This document shows, in pieces, positions 19,807-28,736 of a stretch of DNA of 60,938 bases (positions are counted from its first letter, which is position 1; every line of letters starts with the position of its first letter). The notes under the pieces were generated by a model, which saw nothing but the letters and a program-made list of their open reading frames with translations, made no database searches and was not told where the DNA came from. Source of the DNA: a virus (taxonomy: Duplodnaviria; Caudoviricetes). The stretch spans positions 1 through 60,938 of IMG/VR virus record IMGVR_UViG_3300020362_000267. The stretch is one strand, 5' to 3'. The position numbers and the translations under genes were made by a program.

Positions 19807-20895
19807 TTATAACTCCGCTTGAGCTGTCCAGTTGCAACCATATGGGTTACCGCCGATTGTTGGAGCGGTAGTGAGAAAAAATCTTAACTTTGATGATGAT
19901 GCACTGACAGAAGAAACTGCATACTCAGTTGTCACTGAGCCATTCACTAAATCATTAACGTATGCCCCAGAATTAGCGGGGGCGGCTTGAGGGTTGTAAG
20001 CCTGACAGGTAGGAGTCGCTCTCATTGTTTTTTCTAAATAGACTATAGCCCCTGCGTAACTGATACTATCACTAGGGGGCATCTCTGAAGTTCTTACACC
20101 CGCGATATCATTCGCTGGTGCAGTGTCATAGGCAAAAGACTTTTGAAAATATCTTTTGCATCTACGCAACTCATCTTCAAATGACCTGTGTTCAAAATCA
20201 GTAGCTACGTCTCCAATTTCAAGCTGAAGTCCTGTAATTTCAAAAGTTCTAGATGTACTATCAAAAAAAGATGTATCACTTGAGTTTGCTCTAGTGTCTT
20301 GGGCTACAGCTGCCCATCCACTGTTTTGTGTACCAGAATTGTAAGTAGACCCAGAGTGAAGCCAAATAAGAAGTATTAAACTAAGCGCACTGTCATTATC
20401 ATAAGTGCCTGTCGTATCTCCTGCATAAGTTAAAGATATACGATTCCATGAAGTCGTTACATTAAATCTTTGGCTAAATGTTCTGTTGTTATCATAATCA
20501 TACAACTCCGCAGTATAAGTTGCCGCCGCATTTCCCTTAACATAAAAAGAAAGCGTTAATGTTTCTGCGTCAGATGTGCCCTTTTTTAAATGCTGTAAAT
20601 CTCGCCCCTCCCATCTATGTTGAAGAAGAAAGTATTCACCAGCCGCGATACTGGTATCAGCAGTTGTACATTCTAGTTTCAATGATTTTGTGAAGCCAGC
20701 CAAATCTGTAACAGTGTTTTGAGATGCCGTGTATCGCCCTGCACTATCACTTGCAGTAAATGTTCTATCTACAACGAATACAGCGGCTGTATCTGTGCCT
20801 AGCCCTGTGCCAGAACGTGCTCTTTGAGCAATCTGCATTGCGCCGTTCATCGCAAGATTTCTAATACCTGTTGAGAGTATTTTAGATAATGGCAC
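19807..20895 (-). CDS. Tail fibre protein with carbohydrate-binding-like domain
   Basis: RNLAMNGAMQIAQR...ITGLQLEIGDVATDFEHRSFEDELRRCKRYFQK motif seen in marine phage fibres. Confidence 0.7.
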   Translation of the reverse strand: MPLSKILSTGIRNLAMNGAMQIAQRARSGTGLGTDTAAVFVVDRTFTASDSAGRYTASQNTVTDLAGFTKSLKLECTTADTSIAAGEYFLLQHRWEGRDLQHLKKGTSDAETLTLSFYVKGNAAATYTAELYDYDNNRTFSQRFNVTTSWNRISLTYAGDTTGTYDNDSALSLILLIWLHSGSTYNSGTQNSGWAAVAQDTRANSSDTSFFDSTSRTFEITGLQLEIGDVATDFEHRSFEDELRRCKRYFQKSFAYDTAPANDIAGVRTSEMPPSDSISYAGAIVYLEKTMRATPTCQAYNPQAAPANSGAYVNDLVNGSVTTEYAVSSVSASSSKLRFFLTTAPTIGGNPYGCNWTAQAEL

Positions 20896-20904
20896 TTCAA
20901 ACTC

Positions 20905-21819
20905 CTATTCCCAAAACGCTCTAGCTTTTCCAGCGTCAAAATTTCCTGTGGCGGTAACAATATCAAACCCATCTATAGCCGCAGTAGTAGTTATCGTTCC
21001 CGCATAAAGAAAAGCATATTCACTAAAATATTGATTAAATTGATTACCATGAAACTTATAAACATAATCATCCACTCTATAAAAAGTGAACATATAATCA
21101 AATGAATTGTTTGCGCTATTAAAACCGACAGTTTCAATATAATTAATACCAGAACCATTATTTTCGAGGTCTGCTGTACTTGCATTTGTCCAACGGGATT
21201 CTGTGTATTTGTAAACAGATGTTGTAACCGCAGAACCCCCAACAGTGACTCTAATTCTTACAAAGCCATTTGTTGTATCTGGGCTAAGACCATCAGTAAT
21301 AAGAGTAATTTTATTTGCCCAATCAGGAATACCCGACAATACTAAAGAACCTGAAGCTGGGGCTGAAACAGTAGCAGTGTTGTTTTGGTGAATACGAGTG
21401 CGGCCACTGCTGTCAATAGTCAGCGCATCTGTTGTGCCGCCCTTCAAAGTAATGTTTTGCATATCAAGGCTATTGGCTAACTTGGCTTCTGTCACACTGT
21501 CATCACTTAACTTTGCAGTTGTAATAGAAAGGTCTGGTGCTTCTAGCCGTGTTGTTACTTCTGCCTGACCGCGATAGATAACGTACACGTTGCCTGTGCC
21601 GAATGGCGGGGCTTCATCAAACGTCAGGGTGGTTCCTGTGGCTGTGTATGACTTACCCACCCCAGGCTCCTGCTGCACGTTGTCAACAAATACCTCAAGC
21701 TCTTCACCAGTGTTCACGGCGCGATTAAGTGTGAACGCAGTCGCCGAACCTGTGCCATTGAAGGACTGACTCGTTGTCTTCGTTAACTGCTTATTTGGTT
21801 GTGCGCCTATGTATGCCAT
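20905..21819 (-). CDS. Tail fibre protein (family C N-terminus, distinct C-terminal head)
   Basis: MAYIG N-terminal module plus SITTAKL/SVTEAKL shaft repeats. Confidence 0.6.
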   Translation of the reverse strand: MAYIGAQPNKQLTKTTSQSFNGTGSATAFTLNRAVNTGEELEVFVDNVQQEPGVGKSYTATGTTLTFDEAPPFGTGNVYVIYRGQAEVTTRLEAPDLSITTAKLSDDSVTEAKLANSLDMQNITLKGGTTDALTIDSSGRTRIHQNNTATVSAPASGSLVLSGIPDWANKITLITDGLSPDTTNGFVRIRVTVGGSAVTTSVYKYTESRWTNASTADLENNGSGINYIETVGFNSANNSFDYMFTFYRVDDYVYKFHGNQFNQYFSEYAFLYAGTITTTAAIDGFDIVTATGNFDAGKARAFWE

Positions 21820-22313
21820 TAGCCAGCTATTTCCATTACATAAAAAGTTGATGAAGCGCGAGAATAATTATTAGAACCTCGCCTATTTATGTACCATGTT
21901 GTGCTACCTGCTGTGACCACACGCCATTGCAACTTATAAACTAATGCGCTGGTAGAATTAGGGCTATCAATAAACAAATGGCTTCTTGGGGCGTAAAAAG
22001 CAGTATTGGCATAGTAATGTTGATTAAATACATTAATAGTGTCTGCGCCAGACCCTTGTCCAACCTCCGTACTATCTCTTAAAAGCTTCATAAGGCATCC
22101 AACATTGGCATTAGTGCTACCCATCATACCTATTGAATACTGAATTAATATTTTACTACTTGTTGCTCTTGGGGTAATTGTTGCAGTTGCAAACGGAATA
22201 TCAGCAAAGGTTGCGGTATCCGTGCTTACAACATCAGTTGATACACTTGATACCACTTGCAAAACAGGACCAGCAGATAATTGATTTGCACCTATCGTAC
22301 TTAATGCCATCAA
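21819..22313 (-). CDS. Tail fibre tip-like protein (paralog family A)
   Basis: VLQVVS...ITPRATSSKIL...DSPNSTSALVYK...STFYVMEIAG. Confidence 0.6.
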   Translation of the reverse strand: MMALSTIGANQLSAGPVLQVVSSVSTDVVSTDTATFADIPFATATITPRATSSKILIQYSIGMMGSTNANVGCLMKLLRDSTEVGQGSGADTINVFNQHYYANTAFYAPRSHLFIDSPNSTSALVYKLQWRVVTAGSTTWYINRRGSNNYSRASSTFYVMEIAG

Positions 22314-22639
22314 GTAATCTCCAGCACAGACAGTGTAACATCCGCCGCTGACGCTTGGCTTGCTGTTATCCTCAAGATATCGGAAGCATTCATCACAATC
22401 TTCTGATCACCACCAACTGCTACCAGTGACGAGCCAACAGGAACAATAGCTGACTTCACAATATGCACATTGTCGCCATCGTTATTGATTAGCTGTACGT
22501 TTACCGTGATAGAAACAGTTAGGATGTTGGCAATATTCAAGCCAATAATTGTTGTTTCAGTAGCGGACGGGCAGGTGTAGACATCTGCGTTTCCAGTTCC
22601 TACCGCCGTATCTGTGAAAGTCTTAAACGCATTTGCCAT
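22310..22639 (-). CDS. Small beta-rich structural protein
   Basis: MANAFK...VYTCPSATETTIIG...LSVLEIT; in the tail operon. Confidence 0.55.
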   Translation of the reverse strand: MANAFKTFTDTAVGTGNADVYTCPSATETTIIGLNIANILTVSITVNVQLINNDGDNVHIVKSAIVPVGSSLVAVGGDQKIVMNASDILRITASQASAADVTLSVLEIT

Positions 22640-22643
22640 GTCA

Positions 22644-23024
22644 CTATCCTAACGCTATTGCGAATGCCAACGCATTCGGGTCTTGCTCTGTAAAATTCTG
22701 CGCTACATTACTCGCATTGTTAAAAATCATCTTCTCTGCTGGCAACGTACAGAAGATGGTGCGAGTGCCTGATGACCAACTAACAGCGTTATCAGAATTA
22801 CTGGACTGCAAAATTGTAGTACGGGCCAAGGTTGTACCAGATGCAGTGTAGGTGCCGATACCTATCTCAAAGTCAGTTCCGTCTGTACAGCAATAGTATG
22901 TAGTATTTGAATTACCTATTTGACTGAAAGCTTCAAAACCACCTACTGCACCAGCAAGCGTATAAGTGCCTGTGCCAGTGGTAGTTGTGGTTTCTTTAAT
23001 ACGATCTTTCAGAACAAGAGCCAT
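22644..23024 (-). CDS. Tail structural protein
   Basis: MALVLKDRIKETTTTTGTGT N-terminus and ALAFAIALG C-terminus. Confidence 0.55.
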   Translation of the reverse strand: MALVLKDRIKETTTTTGTGTYTLAGAVGGFEAFSQIGNSNTTYYCCTDGTDFEIGIGTYTASGTTLARTTILQSSNSDNAVSWSSGTRTIFCTLPAEKMIFNNASNVAQNFTEQDPNALAFAIALG

Positions 23025-23464
23025 TACTTTAATTCAATAGTTAAGTTGTTTGAGTTAATACGGAAAACATCACCTGTGGCGATTGTTTTTGAAGCATCTA
23101 ACGCACCAATAAACAATATATTCCCACTAGTAGCTGCATCTGCAATAAATGCATGTGTCACAGTATTGCTCGTTCCAGTCGATGCCGGGAACTCAAAGTT
23201 GTTGGTGTTTTTTATTGTCTGTTGATCTGTGCTTGAACTTGCTAAAGTCCAATTTGCCGCAGTAATTTGAACTCTTGCATAGCTGCCGAAATTAGCTTCA
23301 GTTAAAGAGCCAGCTTCTGCGTCAGAAACAGCCGTTGCAAGACCAACATAAATGCTATCACCTGGTGAGGCAAAGGTTACGCCACCAATAGCTGCGTTGT
23401 TTTTAAAAATAAAATTGAGCAGTCGATGCTCAAGATACGTGGTTGCTGCGTTACTTGTTGCCAT
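23024..23464 (-). CDS. Tail fibre/collar-associated protein
   Basis: YVGLATA...SYARVQI...FPA...ADAATSGNILF.GAL..SKTI..GD.F motif. Confidence 0.6.
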   Translation of the reverse strand: MATSNAATTYLEHRLLNFIFKNNAAIGGVTFASPGDSIYVGLATAVSDAEAGSLTEANFGSYARVQITAANWTLASSSTDQQTIKNTNNFEFPASTGTSNTVTHAFIADAATSGNILFIGALDASKTIATGDVFRINSNNLTIELK

Positions 23465-23473
23465 TTGTTACTC

Positions 23474-24121
23474 CTAAGTCCTTGGCTGATCTGGTAAACC
23501 TCTACGATATGCGTCTGAATTTTCTCTAGCCTCTGCTAAATCTTTAAGTCGCATTAACTCTTGCCCAAATCTTTGTTCATAAAGTTGCATCATATCCTGT
23601 TCGCCCTTCATGTAAGTATACGCTTCGACAAGTGAACCGTAAAGCAAGGCGTTGGGGGCGTTCTCCCCCAACCAAGATGTTGCAGAATCTGCTCCTGCAG
23701 TTATACTTGCTGGGCGATAGTAGTAATGCAATTCAACAGTGTAATTACTATCAGGTGTTGGCCCTACAATAAAATTGTCTATGTCATAAATGCCATAGTA
23801 TTTTGGGGTGCCATTCACGCCTTTATCTAAATTATATTGTTGGACAAAATTTACATCTTTGAACAGTAGGAAGTCTTGGCTTCCAGCGGTTGTTATTTGC
23901 AAAGAAAACGGAGCAAGATAGTCATTTGGGCAACTTAAAAAAGGGTCGCCATTTGATAGCGCAGAAGTTGCATTTTTTCTAAACAACTCAAGATCAACAA
24001 GTGTAAAGATACGATCTTCTGCGCCACGAACAAAAAGAGGCAAATTTGTGACAAAAGATGTTTCACTATTATCTGTAAAATCTTGTATTGCCTGTTTAAG
24101 TTGTGCGTATGTAAATGACAT
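23474..24121 (-). CDS. Head-tail adaptor/tail tubular-like protein
   Basis: GTPKYY, GPTPDSNYTVELHY and LLYGSLVEAY..MK motifs. Confidence 0.6.
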   Translation of the reverse strand: MSFTYAQLKQAIQDFTDNSETSFVTNLPLFVRGAEDRIFTLVDLELFRKNATSALSNGDPFLSCPNDYLAPFSLQITTAGSQDFLLFKDVNFVQQYNLDKGVNGTPKYYGIYDIDNFIVGPTPDSNYTVELHYYYRPASITAGADSATSWLGENAPNALLYGSLVEAYTYMKGEQDMMQLYEQRFGQELMRLKDLAEARENSDAYRRGLPDQPRT

Positions 24122-24133
24122 GTTACCTGCTCA

Positions 24134-24784
24134 CTATACTATTGTTATGTTTCCAACCATGCTGCCGTGAACAGTGCACTGATACACCAATGAAGTATCA
24201 CTGGGCTCGTGTGGCACAATAAATTGAGTTAATCCGGTAGTGCTGTTGTAATTATCCGTAACTCCTGTCGTAAAAGCAGAACCTCCCGCAGAAGTTCGTA
24301 TTTGCAAAGGGTGGCTACCGACGTAAGAAGTATTGTCAATTAAATAAGTATGACCTTTGTAAAAGGTAAAGTTAGGATTGTTACCAGCAGTAGCACCTGG
24401 ACCAGAAAAGGTGTAAGCAGAGCCTGTGGCTGCTGTTGTTGTGTATGTGGTTGTTGGGCCGCTAACTTCATCATTTAGTCGTATCCAATTGCCCCCATGA
24501 GCAAAATACAAACCACCCGTTGCGTGAACATGAGCAACCGCACCATGATAGGTTGATGCACTTGGTAAATCAGTCAAAGCACCGTAGTAAAAAACTATTT
24601 TATTAGCCCCAGCACTTACGTCTAACAAGCCCGCAGTATTTATAATGTCTGTCAGTGTAGTCCCATTGCCCAGAGCATTGTAAATTTCAGTAAAATTATC
24701 ATTAATTTTATCTGCACCCGCACGAAGGGTATCACCAGTGCCGTCATTTGCAGCAGAGCCAATTCCTACAGTTTGTTTTGCCAT
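24134..24784 (-). CDS. Virion structural protein (T4 gp9/10-like N-terminus; cupredoxin-like C-terminus)
   Basis: IGSAANDGTGDTLRAGADKINDNFTEIY at the start and LVYQCTVHGSMVGNI at the end. Confidence 0.6.
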   Translation of the reverse strand: MAKQTVGIGSAANDGTGDTLRAGADKINDNFTEIYNALGNGTTLTDIINTAGLLDVSAGANKIVFYYGALTDLPSASTYHGAVAHVHATGGLYFAHGGNWIRLNDEVSGPTTTYTTTAATGSAYTFSGPGATAGNNPNFTFYKGHTYLIDNTSYVGSHPLQIRTSAGGSAFTTGVTDNYNSTTGLTQFIVPHEPSDTSLVYQCTVHGSMVGNITIV

Positions 24785-25360
24785 TTAACCCTCGTCAAAA
24801 GTCCTCGTTGTTGAGTCAAGTTTTACATTGGTGTTATCAAAAGTAGACCCAGGAGAAGGAGCAACGCTTGTGCCCGTGTCAACTGTTGAAAATTCACCTC
24901 CGCCTCGTATGCCCCCAACTGTAGCCGACTCTCCAGAAATTGTGATTGTGTAAGTATTTTCATCAATAACGGTGATGTTGTATCCTGAAGACAACTCAAG
25001 TGTTGCTTTTGTAAAGCCATCAAAACCATTTACTTTTCTGAATCTTACTGAATCAGAAGTGCTTCTCCCATGAGACGGCTCTGTCACAGTAATTACCGAA
25101 GACCCAGATGAACCACTTTGAAAACAATTTGGCCTAAGTAATTGAATTACCGAAGGTTCTGTGCGGTCAACTTTTGCTAACCTCAACCCCTGAGGGTCCG
25201 CTGCATGTCTGCGAGGATTAAGCTGAGGATGTTTTGGTTCAAATTCGTCAGGTCCTACGGCTGCTCCTGTCCATTCAATTTTCATCGACGAATATGGGTA
25301 TCTAAATCCAGACCTATCTGAAATAAAATAAGCTTTTTTCCCCGTTGCAAAAGAAGGCAT
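24785..25360 (-). CDS. Virion structural protein
   Basis: ISDRSGFRYPY...EFEPKHPQL N-terminus followed by a beta-rich domain. Confidence 0.5.
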   Translation of the reverse strand: MPSFATGKKAYFISDRSGFRYPYSSMKIEWTGAAVGPDEFEPKHPQLNPRRHAADPQGLRLAKVDRTEPSVIQLLRPNCFQSGSSGSSVITVTEPSHGRSTSDSVRFRKVNGFDGFTKATLELSSGYNITVIDENTYTITISGESATVGGIRGGGEFSTVDTGTSVAPSPGSTFDNTNVKLDSTTRTFDEG

Positions 25361-26028
25361 TAGTTTACCCTCAAGTATTGATAATTAGGGGAGATGTTGA
25401 AGGAAGAGCGATCACGGTCTTCTGCCCTAGCTCTTTCAAATTCTTCATCATAAATTGCTTTAAGAAGTTGTATTCTATCAGGTGCACGTTTTATTGCGAC
25501 GTAATAAGCAAGACCTGCGGCTAAACAAGGGTAAAATCGAAAGGGCAAATCGAGGGTATTATCTAATTGATCTGCATCATCCATCCGAACAAGAGCGTCA
25601 TAAATAATTGTGTCCGTTGCATTTTCAGGAGCATTGTACAAAAAAATCTTCGGCGTCACTTGTCTGTCTAAGAAAAATTGACTTGGCCTGCCTTGTTGGG
25701 TTTTATCTGGCAAGACAAGGTAATCTTGCCTGCTTATGCGGTTCAATACAGTATCTGACCCGGTTCTACGACATACTGCAGATAAAACATCTATTACATC
25801 CGCAGCTAAATCATATGAGGCAGTGCCTTGAGTAAGCGTCAAAGACCGTTGTTTGATGGTCCATTGGTTCAAACCACGATTTGCCCAATCTGCTAGAAGC
25901 AGATTGAGCGATCGCTTTGCGGTGCGAGCATCGTATCCCGTCTTAAATTCGAGCCCACACCGCTCAAAAGCTTCTTCGATATAATCATCGACTTGAAGCT
26001 CAAAGTTTTTTGAACCAGATGTCGTCAT
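25360..26028 (-). CDS. Head-to-tail adaptor/DNA stabilisation protein (P22 gp4-like position)
   Basis: IEEAFERCG...TAKRSLNLLLADWANRGLNQW...CLAAGLAYY; first gene of the tail block. Confidence 0.6.
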   Translation of the reverse strand: MTTSGSKNFELQVDDYIEEAFERCGLEFKTGYDARTAKRSLNLLLADWANRGLNQWTIKQRSLTLTQGTASYDLAADVIDVLSAVCRRTGSDTVLNRISRQDYLVLPDKTQQGRPSQFFLDRQVTPKIFLYNAPENATDTIIYDALVRMDDADQLDNTLDLPFRFYPCLAAGLAYYVAIKRAPDRIQLLKAIYDEEFERARAEDRDRSSFNISPNYQYLRVN

Positions 26029-26189
26029 TACTTTTTAACTCTGCCGCCCTTACGCATCATCTTTTTTGCCTTGCCGCCACCACGCATCATTGCTGGTTTA
26101 GCCTTTGCCATGCCCCCACCTCTCATAAAAGCAGGCTTCTTTTTCGCTTTTGCTGCGCCACCACGCATCATTTTCTTAGCTTTTTTCAC
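26028..26189 (-). CDS. 53-aa K/M/G/A-rich protamine-like peptide built from MxxGG repeats; missed by the ORF track
   Basis: GTG start 8 nt after AGGAG. MKKAKKMMRGGAAKAKKKPAFMRGGGMAKAKPAMMRGGGKAKKMMRKGGRVKK. Its stop overlaps the next ATG. Confidence 0.75.
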   Translation of the reverse strand: MKKAKKMMRGGAAKAKKKPAFMRGGGMAKAKPAMMRGGGKAKKMMRKGGRVKK

Positions 26190-26736
26190 TTTTCAGTCTC
26201 CTGTAAAAGTCTTGACGTTGCTTGTACAAAAAATCTGCATCATAATATTGCTGAGCAATTTTATAATACCCCTTTACTCTAAGGGCGTCAGAGGCTTCCT
26301 GCAACTTTGAAAGTCTCTGCAAGAACACCATACCATATGGTGTTTCAACAGTCGATTCAAACTCATTATCCAACAATTCATTGCCTTCATCCTCTGGATG
26401 AAAACCCATTAAAAACATATCTTTGTTGATGAACATACCTTGAGATATGGCGTGATTAATCTTATCAAGATATTCGTCCATTTCATCAAGAGGAAGGGGA
26501 CAAAAATCAATCAGAATGACAACGTCTTTACTATCATCCCAAGTAGAAATCAGTGTATAAAGTGTCTGCCAATCTTGGTCATATTTGAAAGAAAAACCTA
26601 CTTTATCTGTGGCCCAAGCTTTTTTTGCATAGGGGCAAGCAGGCATGTTGTTATAATACTCATTCGGAATTTCTAACGCATGAGCGGACCAATTTCTCAT
26701 TTCAACTTTGATAGCTTCTTCGGTTGCAAAATCCAT
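26176..26736 (-). CDS. Hypothetical protein, DUF1415-like (CPYA...FHP motifs)
   Basis: MPACPYAKKAW and LMGFHPED motifs; acidic. Confidence 0.5.
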   Translation of the reverse strand: MDFATEEAIKVEMRNWSAHALEIPNEYYNNMPACPYAKKAWATDKVGFSFKYDQDWQTLYTLISTWDDSKDVVILIDFCPLPLDEMDEYLDKINHAISQGMFINKDMFLMGFHPEDEGNELLDNEFESTVETPYGMVFLQRLSKLQEASDALRVKGYYKIAQQYYDADFLYKQRQDFYRRLKSEKS

Positions 26737-26743
26737 TAGAACC

Positions 26744-27112
26744 TCAAAATTGCACTACAGACCCACTTGTTCTTTTTCTTCTGCCATTCATCACTGCGCC
26801 GCATCCCCTAGCAACAGCCGTGCCAGCCACCTTTTTACCCCGAAAAGGACGCTTGACGGGGCCTCCATCTGCGAGCTTTGTAACTTTTGCTCGTTTTGTA
26901 TTAGATACCACTGTCTTGCCTTTTGCTCCCGCTCTCTTTTTCTTTCTTGCTGTAGACGCTCTTTCAGTTTTTGAGAGGCTTCTAGCTTTTGAAGCTGGTA
27001 GGCAGCGGTCTGGGTTTTTCTTGTCTTTGGATGTCCCACATTTACCCTTAATGCTTCCATCAGTACCAATCCGAACCCAATTTTGATTTAACCATTTCTT
27101 TAACTCTCCCAT
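26744..27112 (-). CDS. Small basic Cys-containing protein
   Basis: LKKWLNQNWVRIG...CG...RCLP..KA; K/R-rich; carries LADGG. Confidence 0.7.
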   Translation of the reverse strand: MGELKKWLNQNWVRIGTDGSIKGKCGTSKDKKNPDRCLPASKARSLSKTERASTARKKKRAGAKGKTVVSNTKRAKVTKLADGGPVKRPFRGKKVAGTAVARGCGAVMNGRRKRTSGSVVQF

Positions 27113-27399
27113 TATCTGCCCCTTCGTTTACCGCCTTTTGATTTTTTGGCATAATTAGGGTCTTTACAATACTTTGATGCAGCCAGGTTTGCATATGCGC
27201 TTGGATATGTATCAAAAGTGCGCTTTGCCCAAGCTTTGCCCTCTGGGCATATTTTACTACCTTTTGATTTTTTTGAAGCTGCACCTCCTTTTCGGAAGTA
27301 AGTTAAACCTTTTGGCGTAGGATTGCCTTTCATTTTTTTACGACCTTTCATCGGGGGCTTGGATATTTGGTTTGCGAGTTGTCCACGCGATATCGTCAT
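27112..27399 (-). CDS. Small basic protein
   Basis: KICPEGKAWAKRTFDTYPSAYANLAASKYCK; carries FRKGG. Confidence 0.7.
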   Translation of the reverse strand: MTISRGQLANQISKPPMKGRKKMKGNPTPKGLTYFRKGGAASKKSKGSKICPEGKAWAKRTFDTYPSAYANLAASKYCKDPNYAKKSKGGKRRGR

Positions 27400-27574
27400 T
27401 TACCCTCTCCTGCAGATAAAAATCCCACAATTCAGCTAAAAGCTTATGATTTTGATCAACTTTGACTGAAATCACTGCGGTTTCTGTCTTTAATTCAACG
27501 ACAGAAAAAGCAATCCAACCTATAAAAGCCAAACTTGCTCCACTAATCAATGTGCTTATGTTCAACATTTCCAT
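27338..27574 (-). CDS. Small membrane-anchored protein
   Basis: N-terminal hydrophobic helix followed by a coiled segment. Confidence 0.5.
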   Translation of the reverse strand: MEMLNISTLISGASLAFIGWIAFSVVELKTETAVISVKVDQNHKLLAELWDFYLQERVNDDIAWTTRKPNIQAPDERS

Positions 27575-27849
27575 CTCCGACGAGCTTGACGTAAGCGACT
27601 GTTTGGATTTTTTGCAGCTTTGGGAAACTTTTTCATTTGTCCTGCGCTACGAGCACAGAAGGATTTGCGACGTTTTGCGTCTTTCGAGCCCTTTTTTACT
27701 TTTCCTGTAACGGCAGTCTTTAATTTGGATCCAGGATTAGCTCTTCTGTACGCAGCCACACCTGCCTTGGTCATTCCCGCCCCAGCTTTTGTGGGACGGA
27801 AATTTTTCTTATTACGAGCAGGCATTTTATCTTTTTTACGCTCTGCCAT
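27562..27849 (-). CDS. Small highly basic protein
   Basis: YRRANPGSKLKTAV...RRKSFCARSAGQMK...SRLRQARRRWKC. Confidence 0.7.
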   Translation of the reverse strand: MAERKKDKMPARNKKNFRPTKAGAGMTKAGVAAYRRANPGSKLKTAVTGKVKKGSKDAKRRKSFCARSAGQMKKFPKAAKNPNSRLRQARRRWKC

Positions 27850-27859
27850 TACATTCTCG

Positions 27860-28132
27860 TCAGTTGAAGAATATTGTAGCTGCAGTGATATTTGTAAGAG
27901 TGCTTACAAATATATCACTTACACGAATACCCTCCGCAGGTATGTTAACAGAATGAGTCGTCGACGCACTAAAATCCAAATCTAAAACAGTTGAACCGCC
28001 ACTTGCATCAGTAATAGTAAGACGCGGAGTTCCAGATCCGGTTTTTAACTGTATCTGACGAATACGAGCGGGACCAACAGCCAAAGATCCTGTGCCTGTT
28101 ATTCGCTTTGACCTTACATCAGAATCAGCCAT
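27860..28132 (-). CDS. Small capsid-associated beta protein
   Basis: Follows the capsid genes; strong GGAGG Shine-Dalgarno. Confidence 0.55.
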   Translation of the reverse strand: MADSDVRSKRITGTGSLAVGPARIRQIQLKTGSGTPRLTITDASGGSTVLDLDFSASTTHSVNIPAEGIRVSDIFVSTLTNITAATIFFN

Positions 28133-28144
28133 GTCCGCCTCCTA

Positions 28145-28618
28145 TTAAGATGTTGAAGCGTCAGAGGAAATTCCGAAGAACCTTAGAGCAACAACGCCAC
28201 CTGCGCCTGCTGTTCCTGAAATAACCAGTTCTACCTCATCTGCAGTTGTGTCTGCTGCAGTGGTAGTTCCACCGGACATGCCTAAAACACCGTTACAAGG
28301 GAAAAATCCTTTGAAACCTGTGGAATTAATCGCAACAGAAATCCCATCAACATATCCATCTGTGTCAGTATCTGTTCCAATATCAACCAAGTTCACATTA
28401 TTAGCTGCAGCACTTGTGACTGTAATAGCAACGCCCATAGGAATAAAGTTGGCTGGAATACCAATTGAAGATTCTTTATGAGCAGTGCCTGAAGCTGCAA
28501 TTGTGATAGAAGTACTATATGTTGAAAGTGTTATGGTATTTGTTGGATTATCTTTTCCTCCAACAAGACTTGCAAATCCGTTTTCTGAGCGGACGGGACC
28601 GGAAAAAGTAGAAGCCAA
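28145..28618 (-). CDS. Putative capsid decoration/head fibre protein (TTG start)
   Basis: STFSGPVRS N-terminus, immediately downstream of the major capsid gene; AGGAG Shine-Dalgarno. Confidence 0.55.
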   Translation of the reverse strand: MASTFSGPVRSENGFASLVGGKDNPTNTITLSTYSTSITIAASGTAHKESSIGIPANFIPMGVAITVTSAAANNVNLVDIGTDTDTDGYVDGISVAINSTGFKGFFPCNGVLGMSGGTTTAADTTADEVELVISGTAGAGGVVALRFFGISSDASTS

Positions 28619-28685
28619 TTTGATCTCCTGTCGTGGCTAGTGTCAGCCGCCCCATGCGGCTGTCAGGGATACCTAATTATACAAT

Positions 28686-28713
28686 AAAAAAGGGCGACAT
28701 GGAAGCCGCCCTT
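28686..28713 (-). terminator. Rho-independent terminator after the major capsid gene
   Basis: AAGGGCGGC-TTCCAT-GTCGCCCTT stem running into a T tract on the minus strand. Confidence 0.8.
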
Positions 28714-28736
28714 GTGTGTTTCAAAAAGAAACTGTT

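Noticed and set aside
16365..22313. Diversity-generating retroelement or invertible shufflon behind the paralogous tail genes
   Set aside because: No reverse transcriptase or recombinase, no adenine-specific template/variable repeat pair, and all genes lie on one strand.
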